This document shows, one piece after another, positions 61,201 to 64,000 of a DNA stretch of 64,000 nucleotides. The stretch lies in the NCBI GenBank assembly GCA_040285825.1, contig JAUPSS010000004.1, forward strand, positions 5,423,784 to 5,487,783. Direction: 5' to 3'. Made by a program: the position numbers and the translations under genes. The DNA comes from Eukaryota sp. TZLM1-RC. Lineage: Eukaryota > Protista > Metamonada: BaSk clade. The notes beneath the pieces were generated by a model that saw only the letters and a program-made list of their open reading frames with translations, ran no database searches and was not told the DNA's origin. Numbering within the stretch: the stretch's first letter is position 1; every line of letters begins with the position of its first letter.

Positions 61201-62673
61201 CTTCATCTCGAGCGAAGCGTCAGAAAACTCCTTTTCGAGTAGTTCTCATGAACCTAACTCCGGGTCTGGGGTCATGAGTGGGTTCAGGATCGTGTCTCGT
61301 GTTTTTTGGAGTAATTCTTTCGTCGGAGAGATATGGACCAATCCTTGGAGTGATCCATAATCCTAGGTCATTTTCGACTCTAGGACCGAAGAAAGGAGGG
61401 CGCCCATTGCTCATCTCCGTGGGAGGGATGGCTTCGGGGTCTTCTGGAATTACTCGAGAATCCCTATAACGGGCATAAGGATTGTGCTGACGGGAAGCAC
61501 CACGATGAACACTTGAGCTAGCGTAGGAGCTAGCTTGAGAAGGGGTAGGTTGAGCAGGTGTAGAGGAACTTCCTCTTCTAGCTTCAATCTCTTTGTCCAG
61601 TCTTTTTCTGTGTTCCCAGTTTCGTTTTTCTTGAAGAAAACGCTCTAAATATTTATTAGAGACATCACCAGAAATTCTATCAATTTCAGATGGAGGTGCC
61701 GTAGGAGGGACCTGCTGTTGAGGTAGAGGAGAAAATTCCTTGGAAGGTTCCTCGTACTCTACCAAATCTGAAAAGATTTGTTCGTACCTTTTCCTTTGCT
61801 CTTCAGAAAGATACGAAGGAAGGTTCGAAGTGCTAGGAATGGAATTACTAGTTTGGAGAGGGAAACAGACAGATTATTAACTCCACTTACTGTTGAAGTT
61901 AGAGGATATCCTGAAGTTGGAACAGCAGGATTTTGACTGACTCTCCTTGCAGTTGGAACTGAAGGAGGTTGATGAGAGTGAGAGGGTGGAACCTCAGAAT
62001 TGGAAGAGAGGGATAAAGATGGTACTTCAATGACCTCTGTAGGGTGGGAAGAAGGTGGTCTTCCAATCCTTCCTTTGCAGCGAGAGAAGGTTGAACAGAC
62101 TCTCTGTTCTGAGTAGAAGAAGAAGTTGGTACTTCAGATCTTCTTTCAGGGGGGAGAAGGTGGAACTTCAGATGCCCTCAATTGCGAAGGAGGAAGAGGA
62201 GCAACGGAATCCTCTGCGTCCTCGTTGTCGTAGGAGACTAACGAAGGGCTTCTTCCTTCCGAAGGAACGGAATCCTCGGGAGGGTTGTCTCGTTCGACAG
62301 GAATGGAATCCTGAGGAGTGGAGCTTTCTTCCATTGGAGCGGAATCCTCTGGAAAGGAACTGTCTTCCTTTGGGGTAGAACCCTCAGGGAAAGTGGCTTC
62401 AGGAAGCGCAGAAGCTTTTACTGAAGAAGGGGGCACGGGAGCGGGATCTGTGGTTAGTGGTGAGGAAGAGGGACCAGTCTCTTCCTCAAGGATCCTGCGT
62501 TGAGCCGTTGACGACCCAATACGTATTGATGGTCTAGGCGAGTTAGTGTCAGACATACAGAGTAAAAGTAATGAAATTTATTACAAAGAGGAATTGCATT
62601 CTCTCTTTTTAAACTAATAGGCGGAATACTAATAAACTAACTAAATAACTATAAATACTATTCAAGACTAACA
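55283..62673 (-). mobile_element. Full-length Ty3/Gypsy retrotransposon (147-bp LTRs at 55283-55429 and 62527-62673; ORF1-gag-PR-RT-RH-IN-chromo-like) with nonsense mutations
   Basis: CNFCKQMGHPTERC, DSGAT, LDLPKAFWQ, *IDD, CDASD, HHCC, DSFSRF..SDNG..ER, GPF. In-frame stops at 59488, 58285 and 57976. PPT GAAAGAGAGGAAAAGG before TGTTAG. Confidence 0.93.
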
Positions 62674-64000
62674 GTGCCTTTTCCTCTCTTTCGAGCGACG
62701 AGCCCTGGAAGCTCTAGTCACAGGAGGTGAACTAATGGAATTGGTACGCTTCTTGGGAGGAGCGGATTTAGTACGGCGACGTGCTTTTGAAGTCTTGATG
62801 AAGTCTTTATACGCGGCAGTATTTTGGACTGTAGACAAGTGTTCAGTGGTGATCTCTTTTCCAGGCCATTGCACTTGGCAAAAGTCACCGTCCTGACTGA
62901 GCACCTTTTCGATGATGTGTTCTTCGACATCACCTGCAGTGACCCAGGAGTGGAACTCATCGTTGGTGGGCAAGCTGGAGTGCCAGGGTGCTAAATGTTT
63001 GACGCTAGCTTGGACGATCGTACCGGTGCAGAGATTCTTAATATTCACAGACGAATTGGATACGATTTCAGTAATTAGGAAGGGTCCTGAATAGTCTCCA
63101 TGAAGCTTAACGGAAGAGCCAGATGCTCTCAATACCAATTGGCCAACTTCAAAAGGGTTTGGAGTTGTCGATCTAGTTAGCTTGGAAGCTTTGGAAGCTT
63201 GATGGTGTGCTGCCTTTTCCTGTTTCTCTTTCAACCTTCGAATTTTAGATTGAATTTCTTGAATAAAAGATGATTCAGACGTCGAGCTTTCAGGGATTTC
63301 AAGAATCTTGCCAGGGTCTGATCTAGGAGACACATCTGAGCCAAAGATCACTTGGTATGGAGTGTGGTTGGTTATTGAGCTCTTGGAAGAGTTGATCAAT
63401 AATTGCACATAAGGCAAGTATTCAGACCACACATCGTAGGCATTGAAGTCTACGAGCAATTTCCTCAGGTTTTGCAGGATGTCTCTGTGTCGGCGCTCTA
63501 CCAGGCCGTTGGACGGAGAAAACCTAGGTATTGACTTTGACACCTCTATGCCCAAAAATTTGCTTAATTCGTCAAAGACAGCCTTGGAAAATTCGGGTCC
63601 ATTATCGCTGTGGATTTGAAATGGAATACCAAAGATGGCACAGACTTTCCAAATTAATGCATCTGCAGTAAGATTGGCATTTATCTCTTTTAAAGGCACG
63701 ATGATCGTGAACCTAGAGAAGCTGTCAATAAATACGAGGATGTATTTGTAGCCTTCTTGATCTTCTGGAAGAGGACCAATAACGTCGGCGTTGACGCGAG
63801 CAAAGGGTCTGTCAGCCCACAATGAACCGGTTGGGGGAACATGCAGTTTGGGAACTGGCTTAGTTTTTCTGACAGGAGGGCATTCTTGGACGTGCTTATT
63901 CATGTCGGTGAGCATGTTTGGCCACCAATAATCGCTGTTCCTGAGCTTGTTCAGGCTTTCAGCTTTGCTTGGATGACCTCCTTGCAGCAGTCCATGCAAC
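62527..64000 (-). mobile_element. Second, tandem copy of the same Gypsy element (integrase and shared LTR); continues beyond the window
   Basis: 62668-64000 is essentially identical to 55424-56758, and its 3' LTR is the 5' LTR of the downstream copy. Confidence 0.93.

Overview
AT-rich eukaryotic DNA. The axonemal dynein, bacterial-type Fe-ADH and 26-37 nt spliceosomal introns suggest a flagellated, probably anaerobic protist (metamonad-like; inference). About ten host genes sit in a dense mass of mobile elements: a DNAH6-like dynein heavy chain apparently split into two ORFs, Fe-ADH, a vWA-CaaX protein, CIA1, an MJ1316/DUF504 protein, NmrA-like, an ABCG transporter, a secreted beta-propeller and a hypothetical. 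The mobile elements are (i) at least 8 copies or fragments of Fanzor1 (eukaryotic TnpB-like RNA-guided nuclease) from several families, (ii) CRE-like non-LTR retrotransposons with RT and restriction-like endonuclease, (iii) several Ty3/Gypsy families with very short LTRs, including a head-to-tail tandem sharing one LTR, and (iv) hAT-like remnants. One Fanzor is near full length with an intact RuvC D-E-D triad, downstream hairpins and a terminal repeat ending 15 nt upstream of the CIA1 start codon; another lies head-to-head with an IS630/Tc1-like HTH. The most notable signals are the Fanzor/omegaRNA/CIA1 junction, the split dynein, the compact Gypsy architecture and a fixed branch-point spacing in all introns found. 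Family assignments come from motif recognition by eye, without database searches.
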